This document shows positions 21,386 to 34,617 of a stretch of 64,000 bases of DNA, piece by piece (the first letter of the stretch is position 1; each line of letters opens with the position of its first letter). A program made the position numbers and the translations under genes. Source of the DNA: Bdellovibrionales bacterium. Lineage in GTDB: Bacteria > Bdellovibrionota > UBA1018 > CAIMNF01. Where the stretch lies: NCBI GenBank assembly GCA_040380025.1, contig JBEIJY010000008.1, positions 30,710 through 94,709 of the forward strand, read 5' to 3'. The notes under the pieces are model-generated. The model did not search any database and was not told where the DNA came from. It saw only the letters and a program-made list of their open reading frames with translations.

Positions 21386-22515
21386 TCAACGTCCCTTTCC
21401 GAGAAATTCCTTGATCGACTGGAGGATTCCGTCCTTGTTCTCGATGCGCGAGAGGATCACGGTGTCATCATCGGTGCCGAACACCTCGATCAGGTCCTTG
21501 TAGAACTGCCCTGATCCGTACCTCGAATCGACCTGTCCGTAACAAAACGCATTCACCTTCGGAAGAAGCGAGTTCTTCATGAGATCAATGCAGAGCTTGG
21601 TGTCCTCGGTCGACCAGTTGTCCCCGTCCGAGAAGTGGAAGGGATAGATGTTCCAGTCGCCCGGCGGATAATCCTTCGCGATGATCTGCTCGCAGAGTTT
21701 GTAGGCGGAGCTGATCAGCGTGCCCCCGCTTTCGCGGGTTCGAAAGAAAGTCTCCTCGTCGACTTCTTTCGCCGTCGCATCGTGGATGATGTAGCGAGTC
21801 TCGACTCCCTTGTATTGGGAGCGGAGCCAGGTGTTGATCCAGAACGCCTCGGTCCGCACGATCTCCTTCTGCTCATCCCCCATCGAGCCCGAAACGTCCA
21901 TCATGTACAGGATCACGGCGGAGTTCTCGTGCTTCACGTCGGACTTCCAGGAGCGGAAGCGCAAATCCTTCCGGATCGGAATGATGACAGGATTGTCGGG
22001 ATCGTAATTTCCCGAGGCGATCTGCCGCTTCAGCGCTTCTTTGAACGTGCGCTTGAAATGCCGGAGCGAATTCGGCCCCTGGGATGCGATCGCGGTGTAG
22101 CGATCCACCTTGGATTTCAGGTTTTTCTGTCCCCGGGGCTCGATCCTCGGAAGCTCCAGCTGTTCGCCCAGGATCTCTCGGCGAGTTCCTCGAGCGTGAA
22201 CTCCACATCGAGATCATGTTCGCCCGCATCCTGTCCGGCCTTCTTGCCCTGACCGGGACCCTCGCCCTCTTGCGAAGGATCACCCTGCCCCGGAACCGGA
22301 TCACCGGCATTCCCCTCGCCCTGACCCACTCCGCCCTGATTGCTCCCGAAACGGAAGCGCGGAATGTCGATGCGGGGCATCGGAATGGTGACCGTGTCCT
22401 TGCCCTTCCGGCCGAACATCTCGGAGTGCGTGATGTATTTCTTCAGGTCCTGCTTGATCTTTCCCCGTACGATCTGGCGAAAGCGCGCATGATCCCTGCG
22501 AGCTCCATCAATCAT
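21386..22515 (-). pseudogene. yeaH: YeaH/YhbH (DUF444, vWA-type) protein split by one frameshift near 22175-22180
   Basis: ORF 22117-22515 and ORF 21386-22108 join as [39 protein letters not shown] motifs; lies between prkA and spoVR. Confidence 0.85.
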
Positions 22516-22519
22516 CCGC

Positions 22520-24592
22520 TCAGTCCCGCTTCTTCACGTCGCCGCGGGCGAAGATGCTCGCGACAAAATTCAGCACATCGGTGGCGGAGATCTCGTCATA
22601 CCCGAAGTACTTGATCAGCCGTGACTTCACGACGTCGATTTTTTCCTGGGTGGCGCGATCGACCACATTCGACACCAGGCTCGTGAGCTTGATCGTGTCC
22701 TTCTGGTCCTCGAAGAGCTTCAGCTCGAGGGCCTTGTGAAGCCGCTCGTTCGTCTTGTAATCGAAGGTCTTTCCCTCGATCGCAAGCGCGCCGATGTAGT
22801 TCATGATCTCGCGCCGGAAGTCGTCCTTGCGGCTCTCGGGGATGTCGATCTTCTCTTCGATCGAGCGCATGAGGCGCTCATCGCATTCCTCGTCCATTCC
22901 GGTGTATTTGTTACGGATCTTCTCGCGCTGGGTATAGGCCTTGACGTTGTCGATGTAATTCCCGCAGAGCTTCGCAATCGCGTCCTCGTCCGCCGAGATC
23001 GCGCGCTGGACCTCGTTCTTGACGATGTCCTCGTACTCCTGCTTCACGAGACCGATCAGGTCGCGGTACTCCCGGCGTCGCTCCTCGCTTGCGATCAGCG
23101 CATGGTTCTTCAGACCGCTTTCGAGCTCGTTCAGGATCATGAACGGATTCACACAAGGGATCTCGCTCTTCACGATCGCGTTCGAGATTTTATCCTGCAC
23201 ATAGCGCGGGGAAACCCCGTCGAGTCCTTCGCGCACGGCTTCCTTGCGGAGCTCCTTCACATTCTCTTCGGTGAAGCCGGAGAGGGTCTTTCCGTCATAG
23301 AGCTTGAGCTTCTGCACGAGCGAGATGTTCGCCTTCTTCGGATGCTCGAGCCGGGTCAGGATCGCCCACATCGCCGCCACCTCGATGGTGTGGGGAGCGA
23401 TGCTTTTTCCGCGGATCTTCTGGGCATTGAAATCCTTCTCGTAGATCTTGATCTCGTGCTTCAGCTTCGTGATGTACGGAACGTCGATCTTGACCGTCCG
23501 GTCGCGGAGCGCCTCCATGAACTCGTTGTTCTGGAGCTTCCGGAACTCGGGCTCGTTCGTGTGACCGATGATAACCTCGTCGATGTCGGTCTGGGCGAAT
23601 TTTTTGGGCTTGATCTTGTGCTCCTGCGAGGCGGTCAGAAGATCGTACAGGAACGCCACATCGAGTTTCAGGACCTCGATGAACTCGATCACACCGCGGT
23701 TCGCGACGCAGAATTCCCCGTCGAAATTGAACGCGCGGGGGTCGGAGTCGGAGCCGTACTCGGCGATCTTGCGATAGTTGATGTCCCCGGTGAGCTCGGT
23801 AGAATCCTGGTTTTTCTCATCCTTGGGCTGGAAGGTCCCGATCCCGAGACGGTCTTTCTCGGAGAGCGCGATGCGGACCACCTTGATGTGGTTCGAAACC
23901 ACTTGCGCCCAGTCGCCCTTGTAGCGTTTGAGCAGCTCGCGCATCACGAAGCGCGACGCCGGATCGACATCGCCCTTCACCACGACCTTGTACTCGCTTT
24001 TGGATCCCTTGTTGATTTCCGCGAGCACTTTCGCCCTCATTTCTTCGGGAATGAGCTTCAGCGGGTCCTCATGCATGGGCGACATCATCTCGGTCGCACC
24101 CCCGAAGAGCGGCTCGCCCTTCCCGGTCGGATCGATCCACTTGAAGGAATATAGGGCTCCGGCATCGGTACGGGAGTACTGCTCGATCCCCTTCTTCAGG
24201 AGTCGGGCGATGGTGGATTTTGCGGACCCCACCGGGCCGTGCAACAAAAGAACCCGCTTCTCGGTGCCGTAGCCGTAGGCCGCCGATTTGAAAAAATTGA
24301 CGAGCTTCATAAGCTGGACGTCGAGTCCGAAGACTGCGTCCTTTCCGTGATCGATCGGATCGTCAAAGAACTTGTAGCGCGTGATTTCCTTGCGATACTC
24401 GACGAAATTCTCGGTTCCCCACGACAAAACCATGTCGTACATGCGTTGGAACGCGTTCCGGGAGACGCTGGGATTCCGCTTCACCAATTCCAGATATTCA
24501 AAGAAGTTCCCTTCCCAGTTCAAATTCTGGAATTCTTCCTTCGATTGGATTTGATTGAGATATTCTGACCACCCTTGAGCCGTTTGAGTCAT
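22520..24592 (-). CDS. prkA: PrkA/YeaG AAA+ serine protein kinase
   Basis: GPVGSAKS Walker A, ANRG..EF.E, HTNEPE, EAL.DR, G.SPRY; GAGGG upstream of ATG 24592. Confidence 0.93.
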   Translation of the reverse strand: MTQTAQGWSEYLNQIQSKEEFQNLNWEGNFFEYLELVKRNPSVSRNAFQRMYDMVLSWGTENFVEYRKEITRYKFFDDPIDHGKDAVFGLDVQLMKLVNFFKSAAYGYGTEKRVLLLHGPVGSAKSTIARLLKKGIEQYSRTDAGALYSFKWIDPTGKGEPLFGGATEMMSPMHEDPLKLIPEEMRAKVLAEINKGSKSEYKVVVKGDVDPASRFVMRELLKRYKGDWAQVVSNHIKVVRIALSEKDRLGIGTFQPKDEKNQDSTELTGDINYRKIAEYGSDSDPRAFNFDGEFCVANRGVIEFIEVLKLDVAFLYDLLTASQEHKIKPKKFAQTDIDEVIIGHTNEPEFRKLQNNEFMEALRDRTVKIDVPYITKLKHEIKIYEKDFNAQKIRGKSIAPHTIEVAAMWAILTRLEHPKKANISLVQKLKLYDGKTLSGFTEENVKELRKEAVREGLDGVSPRYVQDKISNAIVKSEIPCVNPFMILNELESGLKNHALIASEERRREYRDLIGLVKQEYEDIVKNEVQRAISADEDAIAKLCGNYIDNVKAYTQREKIRNKYTGMDEECDERLMRSIEEKIDIPESRKDDFRREIMNYIGALAIEGKTFDYKTNERLHKALELKLFEDQKDTIKLTSLVSNVVDRATQEKIDVVKSRLIKYFGYDEISATDVLNFVASIFARGDVKKRD

Positions 24593-24807
24593 TCTGATTC
24601 CGCCCTCTTCTCTGTCGTTCAGTGTATCGGGGGAACGGTCCAGCGTCCAAAAAAAACCCCCCGCGCACCGCAATAAAATACCAACACAGGCCCCTCCCCG
24701 GTAACGCACCGAGCTACGACGAGCCGAGCCCCCCGCGAGGATTTCAGTTTTTTTGAGAGAATTCGTAGACTTCGGCCTCCTTTTTGTTCACACTGAGCGG
24801 GAACATC

Positions 24808-25567
24808 ATGAGCTTTTTTGCCAACCTCCGTTTCGACGGCGCTTTGGTCTCGGACATCGGAACCAAACGAGAAAAAAATCAGGATTACGGACTCTGCCTT
24901 CCGGAAGAGGGTCTTTTTGTCGTTGCAGATGGAATGGGTGGCCATCAGGGGGGCGAGATCGCAAGCAAGATCTGCGTCGAAACCTTGCATCAGGTTCTTG
25001 CCGACAGCGCCAAAGACGGAGAACCCGCATCCGAAACCCTGATCGTCGCGCTCCGGACAGCAAACCGCGCCATTTATGAAAAATCGCTTCAAGATCCCTC
25101 CCTGAAAGGAATGGGAACCACCCTGACCGCACTTCAGGTTCGAGGGCAACACGCCACCATTCTGCAAGTGGGCGACAGCAGGGCGTACTTCTGGAATCGC
25201 TCCGGGATCTGGCAGATCACCCGCGACCATTCTTACGTCCAAGAAAAGATCCGCGCCGGGTTGATTCACCGTGATCAAGAAAAAACCGATGAAATGCGGA
25301 ATTTCATCACCCGCTCGGTGGGATATGAGCTTGATGTTTCGGGCGATCTTTTCGGGATGGCCATCGAGGACGGGGGACGGGTTCCTTCTCTGCTCGGACG
25401 GGCTCTCGGGAGCTCTGGATGATGATTTGATCCATGAACTTCTGCGGAACGGGGATTCTGCGGGACTTCCGCTGGAAGAAACGGCAAAACGACTGGTGGC
25501 GGCGGCCAACGCCCTGAGCGGCGATGACAACGTGACCGTGGTACTCGCGAAGGCAAGAGCGGTGTGA
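24808..25567 (+). pseudogene. PP2C/Stp1-type Ser/Thr phosphatase with +1 frameshift in the G5 run at 25372-25376
   Basis: SDIG..RE.NQD, VADGMGGH.GGE.AS, MGTT, VGDSRAY in one frame; LLCSDGL and DDNVTVV in the next. Confidence 0.85.
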
Positions 25568-25570
25568 GCG

Positions 25571-26494
25571 ATGGCGAACCGATTTTACACTGTCCTGATC
25601 ATTCCTGAAAACTCGGCCCGACCGAGACAGATCCACGTTCCGGTATGGGCCCTCCGAGCGGGACTCGTGATCCTCCCCGTGCTTTTCCTGATCGCCGTCA
25701 CGCTGTTCCTCGACTACCGGTTCGTGGCAAGCCAGGTGTACGAGAACCGTGAACTCCAATCCGAAAACCGGAGGCTCCGCCAGAGCGTGCAGTTGTACCA
25801 AAGCCGGATGGAGGCGATGGAATCGAGCATCGACCGCATCGAAAGTTTTTCGGCACGCCTCCGGATGATCACCAATCTGATGGACAAAGACGAGCTTTCC
25901 CGCCACATCGAACTCCCTCCTCCCGATGCGGCGACCAATCTTTCGTTTCCCTCGGCACCGGGAACCGCGGGCGAAGAACCCTCGCTTGCCGGCAAAGAAG
26001 ACCGCTCTTTCGAAGACCTGAGCCTGAAAGCCCTGACCCTCGAGCAAAACCTGCATGATCTGTACGAACTGCTCTCGGATCAAAAATCCTTTTTGAACGC
26101 CCTCCCCACCCTGAAACCCGCGGATGGCTACTTCACCTCGGGCTTCGGCGTGCGACTCTCGCCGCTCGGAGAATCCGTCGAAAAAATGCACGAAGGCCTC
26201 GACATCGCGAATGCCGTCGGAACCCCGATCAAGGCGCCCGCACAGGGAACCGTCGTTTTTGCTGGAAAAAAATCGGGGTACGGGCAAATCGTGATTCTCG
26301 ATCATGGCTACGGACTCGAAACTTGGTACGGACACACCTCGCGCGTCTTGGTCCGCTCGGGCTCGAAAGTCCGGCGGGGGCAATCGATCGCGCTGATCGG
26401 CAATTCGGGACAATCCACAGGAGCTCACCTTCATTACGAGGTGCGGGTTCACGGGATTCCCGTGGATCCGCTCGCCTACATTCTTGAAAACTGA
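25571..26494 (+). CDS. M23-family metallopeptidase with TM segment and coiled coil
   Basis: HEGLDIA, YGH, STGAHLHYEV intact. Confidence 0.92.
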   Translation: MANRFYTVLIIPENSARPRQIHVPVWALRAGLVILPVLFLIAVTLFLDYRFVASQVYENRELQSENRRLRQSVQLYQSRMEAMESSIDRIESFSARLRMITNLMDKDELSRHIELPPPDAATNLSFPSAPGTAGEEPSLAGKEDRSFEDLSLKALTLEQNLHDLYELLSDQKSFLNALPTLKPADGYFTSGFGVRLSPLGESVEKMHEGLDIANAVGTPIKAPAQGTVVFAGKKSGYGQIVILDHGYGLETWYGHTSRVLVRSGSKVRRGQSIALIGNSGQSTGAHLHYEVRVHGIPVDPLAYILEN

Positions 26495-26518
26495 ACAAAA
26501 CGCAACGGAGACGAATTC

Positions 26519-29233
<2,715 letters not shown>

Positions 29234-29262
29234 GAGCCACACACAAAAATGGGAGCAGGATC

Positions 29263-30144
29263 ATGAACGAAAACGGGGACCCTCCTGAGAAAAAAGATCT
29301 GACCTCTCTCATGGATCTGCCGCTTTTGCCTGCTTCGGAACCTGCTTCGGAGCCCGTGCCCGAGACTCCGCAGGATGCGGGAATGGATTTTTCTTTCGAC
29401 GCTCCTCCTGCGGAAGCCCATCTTGAAGCGCTTGATCCCCCCGTGGAATCCTCGCCTGACCCTTCCCTGCCGGACCCCCTGAAGCCCGATCCAGGCGTGC
29501 TGGATCAGATCCGGGACTACGGAGAGGCGGCCAAAGAAGCTCCCTTTGATCCGGGCATCCGGAATCCCTTTGATTTTCGCGCGAGCGGGGATTTCGATGC
29601 CTATGCCCGCGACAAGTTGTTACTGTTCATCACCGAAAATCCGATCGGTCTGAGTTCGGATGAGCTTGATCTGCAAATTCGCGCGGGAAGAGTGTTCTTT
29701 CCGCGGATCAGCGAATTCTCGGGAATCAAGCTCATCCAGGAGCTTCGGGATTCCGGCCTGTCTTTCTCGCTCAAACCATCCCGAAACGAGGATCAGGCCT
29801 CGCCTCCGGAACAAGACCTGCGTTTTCACCACGATTCATCCGCGCCCGCGCCGGCCACAACCGACCTTCCCGTGCTTTCTCCGGGGCTTTACGATCCGGC
29901 CGAGTATCTTGTGCTCGATTCCATCCGGATCGTGCAGTATCTCCGGGCGGAGATCCTCGAACTCGAGAAGTCCGAGCTCCTGCAAGACCTTCTCGACCGC
30001 ATGACCGAAGGACTCAAACGAAGGGCCCTACGAAAAGGGGCGAATGCGCTGACCTCGCTCGAGCATCAGATCACCCCGCTCCGGCTCCCCTCCCAATACC
30101 AGATCGAAATCAGTGCGAGCCTTCTGAAACGGCGGGACCCATGA
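29263..30144 (+). CDS. Hypothetical protein; Pro/acidic N-terminus, possible YbjQ-like C-terminal domain
   Basis: Fills secA-dapF gap; ATGA overlap with dapF; LKRRA..KGANA motif. Confidence 0.65.
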   Translation: MNENGDPPEKKDLTSLMDLPLLPASEPASEPVPETPQDAGMDFSFDAPPAEAHLEALDPPVESSPDPSLPDPLKPDPGVLDQIRDYGEAAKEAPFDPGIRNPFDFRASGDFDAYARDKLLLFITENPIGLSSDELDLQIRAGRVFFPRISEFSGIKLIQELRDSGLSFSLKPSRNEDQASPPEQDLRFHHDSSAPAPATTDLPVLSPGLYDPAEYLVLDSIRIVQYLRAEILELEKSELLQDLLDRMTEGLKRRALRKGANALTSLEHQITPLRLPSQYQIEISASLLKRRDP

Positions 30145-30929
30145 GCGCCGCCATTCCGTTCCACAAGTACCAAAGCACCGGAAATGACTTCATCCTGATC
30201 GACAACCGGCGGGGCGAATTCCGTCTGACGCGTGCCGAGATCGCACGTCTCTGCAACCGGCGTTTCGGCATCGGAGCGGATGGCCTGATCCTGTTGAATA
30301 GCTCGAATGAGTTCGATTTCGAGATGCGGAACTTCAATTCGGATGGCGGCGAGTGCAGCATGTGCGGAAACGGGGGCCGCGCGTTGATCCGCTTCGCGAT
30401 GGACCTCGGCATCGAGAAAGACCGCTTCCGTTTTCTCGCGATCGACGGAGAGCACGAGGCTGCGGTCCGCAAGGACGGTTGGATCGAACTCCGGATGCGA
30501 GATGTGAATCAGGTGATCGAGACTCCGGTCGGACCCACGCTCGACACCGGGTCACCCCATTTGGTGGTCAAGGTCGGAAATTTACTTCAGTTCGACACGG
30601 TTCGCGAGGGGCGCAACCTTCGAAACTCCCCCCTCTTCCTTCCGGGCGGGATCAATGCGAATTTTTATGAAATCCGGGACGGAATGCTCTTTCTTCGCAC
30701 CTACGAGCGCGGCGTCGAGGACGAGACCCTCTCGTGCGGCACGGGAGCGATTGCAACCGCGATCATCCTTCACCGGCACGAGGAATGCATCACCGGAAGC
30801 GCCCAGGAAGTGCCCGTACACTGCCAGGGCGGAGAGCTCCGGGTCCGGTTTACGCGGGTGTCCGCGGAATCCTTCCGCGAGATCTGGCTGATCGGGCCAT
30901 CCATCAAAACGTTCGAGGGCAGGATATGA
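30141..30929 (+). CDS. dapF: Diaminopimelate epimerase
   Basis: GNDF, GIGADG, MCGNG.R, G.PH, TYERGV..ETLSCGTG. Confidence 0.95.
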   Translation: MSAAIPFHKYQSTGNDFILIDNRRGEFRLTRAEIARLCNRRFGIGADGLILLNSSNEFDFEMRNFNSDGGECSMCGNGGRALIRFAMDLGIEKDRFRFLAIDGEHEAAVRKDGWIELRMRDVNQVIETPVGPTLDTGSPHLVVKVGNLLQFDTVREGRNLRNSPLFLPGGINANFYEIRDGMLFLRTYERGVEDETLSCGTGAIATAIILHRHEECITGSAQEVPVHCQGGELRVRFTRVSAESFREIWLIGPSIKTFEGRI

Positions 30930-31741
30930 TCTCCATCCACGAATCCATCCAGCAATTCCAGTCGCAGATTCTTCTTCAAGCCCCGCTTCTCCTGATGAAG
31001 ATCCTTGGCGCATTCGCCCTTTGGGCCGGCGCGGGAGTTCTGATCCGAGGACTCCGGAAGCTCCTTGTGCGAGGACTCGAGCGAAGAAAAGTCGATGCAA
31101 CCCTGACCGTCTACGCTGGCCATACCCTGGGCTTTGGTCTTCGGCTCTTCACGATCTTCATCATCCTCGGAATCTTCGGCATCGAGACCACCTCCTTTTC
31201 GGCAGTCATTGCTGCCGCAGGTGTGGCGATCGGTGTGGCATGGTCCGGGCTCCTCTCGAACTTTGCTGCCGGGATTTTTCTGATCCTCTTCCGTCCCTTC
31301 AAACTCGGCGACACGATCATGGCGGCGGGAGTGACCGGAGTGGTGCGCGAAATCGGTCTTTTTGCGACTCTGATCGACAGCGGTGAGAACCTCTGCCATT
31401 TCGTCGGAAACAACAAGCTCTTCAGCGACAACATCCTGAACTACAGCAAGAATCCGACCCGCATCGCCCAATTCAAAGTCCAGCTTCCCCATGGGGTCGA
31501 CACGGAGCATGCGATCTCCCGCTTCGTCTCTGCGATCTCCTCGATCGAGGGAATGGGCAAGGATCAACCGGTTACGGGGGAAATCCTGGAATTCAATCCC
31601 GCGGGGCCGGTGATCCAGATCCGCGCCGCCTGCCGGACCGCCGTCCATGGTTCGGTGGTTGCCGAGGGGAACCGCAAGATCGCGGGGGTTTTTCGTGCGG
31701 AGGGATACTTGTTTCCCTCACCCTACCGGCGCGAGCCGTAA
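30926..31741 (+). CDS. mscS: Small-conductance mechanosensitive channel
   Basis: Three TM helices, LSNFAAG...L.FRPF..GD.I, G.V.EI..F.T. Confidence 0.9.
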   Translation: MISIHESIQQFQSQILLQAPLLLMKILGAFALWAGAGVLIRGLRKLLVRGLERRKVDATLTVYAGHTLGFGLRLFTIFIILGIFGIETTSFSAVIAAAGVAIGVAWSGLLSNFAAGIFLILFRPFKLGDTIMAAGVTGVVREIGLFATLIDSGENLCHFVGNNKLFSDNILNYSKNPTRIAQFKVQLPHGVDTEHAISRFVSAISSIEGMGKDQPVTGEILEFNPAGPVIQIRAACRTAVHGSVVAEGNRKIAGVFRAEGYLFPSPYRREP

Positions 31742-32863
31742 AACACGATTTTCGACGTCGATCACGATCGCCGAGCAGTCCTCCCCCGGGAAGGTCTCGC
31801 CCGGGCTCAGCTTCGAGCGGATCCGGAAGGCAAGATCATTCACAAGAAGGAACGGATCCTGCTCCGGATTTCCGCAGAACAGGCGCGCCATTTCGTGCTC
31901 CCCTCCCGCTCCCGAGACGAAGCCGTCCGAAAGAAGGACCAGTCGATCCTTGGGCTCAAGACGCACCACAAACTCTTCGTCGGAAGACGGCGCGAATGCG
32001 TTATTGACCGCGGGGCCGTGCTTCCTTAGGCGGGTTCCCCCGCCGTTCCGGTCGATCAGGAACGACTCGATCGATCCATGAAGCTGATAATGCAGCGAGA
32101 AATCCCTGCGATTCAGACGTCCGAAGAAAATGCTGAAATGGCCCTGATCTCCGAGCGTGGTTTTCAGCTCGGCATGGATTGCGCGCACCCAATGCGCGGG
32201 CGACAGATTCGCGGAACCCGCGATGCGGGCCGAACTCGACAGAATCATCCCGAGCAACGCCGAGGAAATCCCGTAGCTCGACGAATCGACGAGCAGGAAG
32301 TTCACAAAGTCCTTCCGGTCCGACTCGAAAACATCGAAATAATCGCCTCCCGGCTTCAATCCCGAGAGATGCTTGCTCATCACCTGAATTCCCTTCAGGC
32401 CGGTGAAGCGCCGCGGAGTCCTCTCCCGGAGAATCCTCTCCAGAAGCGAGTTTGCGTCCTTGAGATCCTCCATGGTGAGCCCCGACTCCTCGATCAGGGA
32501 TTCCGCGGTGCGCTTGTAATGATGATGGCGGAGCACGCTCATCAATTCAGCGGTCCGGAACGGGCTCACCAGAAGATCATCCACGAGGACAAGATCACGC
32601 GCCTCGGGAATGAACCGGGACTCATCCAGAACCAGAATCAGGGACTTGCCGTCTCGCTCCAATCCTCCGGCCCAGCCCCGCCAATCCTCCCGGCCGGAGT
32701 CGATCAGGATCATCTCTCCGATCTCGTCCCGTGCCGAAACCACGAAAACGCCTTCCTCCATCCCCGCAGCCCGCAAATGAGTGCGGATCTCGGAGATCCA
32801 GAGCGTCTCGGTTCCGGGATCGCGGGCATGAATGCTGATTTTGAACGGTCCGCTCCGACTCAT
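31718..32863 (-). CDS. SpoIIE/RsbU-like PP2C-domain protein with degenerate receiver-like N-terminus
   Basis: GGDYFD, LVLLSDG, C-terminal GEDCSA. Confidence 0.72.
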   Translation of the reverse strand: MSRSGPFKISIHARDPGTETLWISEIRTHLRAAGMEEGVFVVSARDEIGEMILIDSGREDWRGWAGGLERDGKSLILVLDESRFIPEARDLVLVDDLLVSPFRTAELMSVLRHHHYKRTAESLIEESGLTMEDLKDANSLLERILRERTPRRFTGLKGIQVMSKHLSGLKPGGDYFDVFESDRKDFVNFLLVDSSSYGISSALLGMILSSSARIAGSANLSPAHWVRAIHAELKTTLGDQGHFSIFFGRLNRRDFSLHYQLHGSIESFLIDRNGGGTRLRKHGPAVNNAFAPSSDEEFVVRLEPKDRLVLLSDGFVSGAGGEHEMARLFCGNPEQDPFLLVNDLAFRIRSKLSPGETFPGEDCSAIVIDVENRVLRLAPVG

Positions 32864-32867
32864 GCCC

Positions 32868-34007
32868 TTACCTCGCCTTCGTGACCGGTTCCCGGTCTCT
32901 CGTGTTCTTGTCCTGGAAGAAAATCTTGTACTGGAGTGCGATCCGCGAATCCGTAGAATTGACGCCCGCAAAGGGACTCGGCTCGCTGTAGTAGGCAAGA
33001 TTGATCTCGCTGCTCTCGCTTAGGTAGCCGATTCCGGCGCTCGGTCTGGTGCGATCGAGTCCGAACCGGACTGCGACGGCCGGACTCAGACTGAAGTCCA
33101 CCCCGAAACCAAGGCGTTCCGCGAGATTCATTCCGGTCTTGCCGAAGACATCCCTCGCCTGAAAGTACCAAAAAGACTTGGTCGGGCCCGAAATCCTGGT
33201 CATGAAATGAAAAGCCGCATCCACCGTCATCTCCTGGGACGGCGGAGCGCCCGTCGAGTTCTGTGCGCGGCTCATGAGGGCTCCCGACTGAAATCGGGTC
33301 CCGAAAAGGTTCCTCGCCACCAGCGATACCGTGGGGATGTACTGGAACGGGAAGACGAAATTCATTCCAAGCGTGTGGGAAATCCCCCTGCCTTCGCGGA
33401 TGCCTCCCAGATAGGCGGCGGAGCTGTTCGACGGTGCCTGCCCCGTTCCGCTCACCTCATTCACATACTGGAGGCTGTAACCGACTCTCATGACTCCGCG
33501 GGCGAGCGAAAGACCGTAGCCGATCGCAGGAACGAAATGACTTTGCGATTCATAATGCACCTGGGATCCGTCCGAGTATGCTCTCACACGGTCCTGAAGG
33601 AGCAATCCCACTCCGAACCCTCCGAACGAGAGGGCCGTGAGGTTTCCGAATCCGCCCGAATGGATCGAACCGGGGCTCTGATTCAGGGTTGCCGTGTACC
33701 CGCCCAGGGAAAAAAACGAGGGCACCGTGGTGATGCCGGAAAGAACCTTCGTGTTGCCGAAAAAATTCAGATTCAGATATTCCGCGCGGAACTTCGAACT
33801 CCGGCCGAGCGCGGCAGGATTGTTGAATAGCGCATTTCCGATCTCATCCGAAATCGGAACTGTCATTCCCCCGAGCGAAGCCCCGTGAGGGCTCACATAA
33901 CGGACTCCCGGATATCCGTGTGGAATCGCAAAAGCGGTCACCGAGGCCAGCACCCCCGCCACCCCCAGAAAAACCGAACCTCGATTCATTCGCATTCGCG
34001 CACCCAT
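32868..34007 (-). CDS. Putative outer-membrane beta-barrel protein (FadL/TraF/PorV-like N-terminus)
   Basis: Signal peptide, SLGG......ALF.NPAAL motif, amphipathic strands; start may be 33989 or 33995. Confidence 0.65.
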   Translation of the reverse strand: MGARMRMNRGSVFLGVAGVLASVTAFAIPHGYPGVRYVSPHGASLGGMTVPISDEIGNALFNNPAALGRSSKFRAEYLNLNFFGNTKVLSGITTVPSFFSLGGYTATLNQSPGSIHSGGFGNLTALSFGGFGVGLLLQDRVRAYSDGSQVHYESQSHFVPAIGYGLSLARGVMRVGYSLQYVNEVSGTGQAPSNSSAAYLGGIREGRGISHTLGMNFVFPFQYIPTVSLVARNLFGTRFQSGALMSRAQNSTGAPPSQEMTVDAAFHFMTRISGPTKSFWYFQARDVFGKTGMNLAERLGFGVDFSLSPAVAVRFGLDRTRPSAGIGYLSESSEINLAYYSEPSPFAGVNSTDSRIALQYKIFFQDKNTRDREPVTKAR

Positions 34008-34113
34008 CTCCCTTTCCCTTCGGCAGAACGGGACTTCGATTTAAGGAAATCCTAGCTCGTCAAAAAGTCGACGCCCGGGAATCCGGAACGGATATCTTTA
34101 GAATTTCCACAGA

Positions 34114-34617
34114 ATGTGTGAAACTGAAACCATGAAAATGCTCTTCGACATGGACGGGCAAATCCATCATTTCCGGGTCACAGGCGAAATCGGACCTGAA
34201 GAGGTCGGTGTGCTTCGCCGAAGCATCCTCCGTTTTCTCGATTCCACGCCCCGCTTCACCATTCTCGACCTGAGCGAAAGCATCCTTCATGTGCCTGACT
34301 TCGAGATCCAATCCCTTTTGAGCGAGATCCGGCACCAGGCGCACGCCCGGGCCCTCCATCTGGTGGTTGCACAAACGGACATCGAATCAGGACTGGCCCG
34401 CCAATCGCTTCTGGAGTCCGCGCTCGAAAAGCGATTTTCGATTCTGAAAGAAAAAATCGTCCTGCGTGAGGACATGAAAAATCGCATCGAATCCCTGAGG
34501 GAAGAGAACCGGAAGCTCCGGAGCGAGGTCGCAGAACGGCTTGAGAATCTGAAAACCGCCCCTTCGACCACCGGCCCGTTCCACCCCCTCCTCGAAAAAC
34601 TCTGGAGTGGATCATGA
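34114..34617 (+). CDS. STAS-like domain plus coiled-coil protein
   Basis: V.GEI.......LR..I.......ILDLS pattern; ATGA coupling to the response regulator; start may be 34132. Confidence 0.5.
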   Translation: MCETETMKMLFDMDGQIHHFRVTGEIGPEEVGVLRRSILRFLDSTPRFTILDLSESILHVPDFEIQSLLSEIRHQAHARALHLVVAQTDIESGLARQSLLESALEKRFSILKEKIVLREDMKNRIESLREENRKLRSEVAERLENLKTAPSTTGPFHPLLEKLWSGS

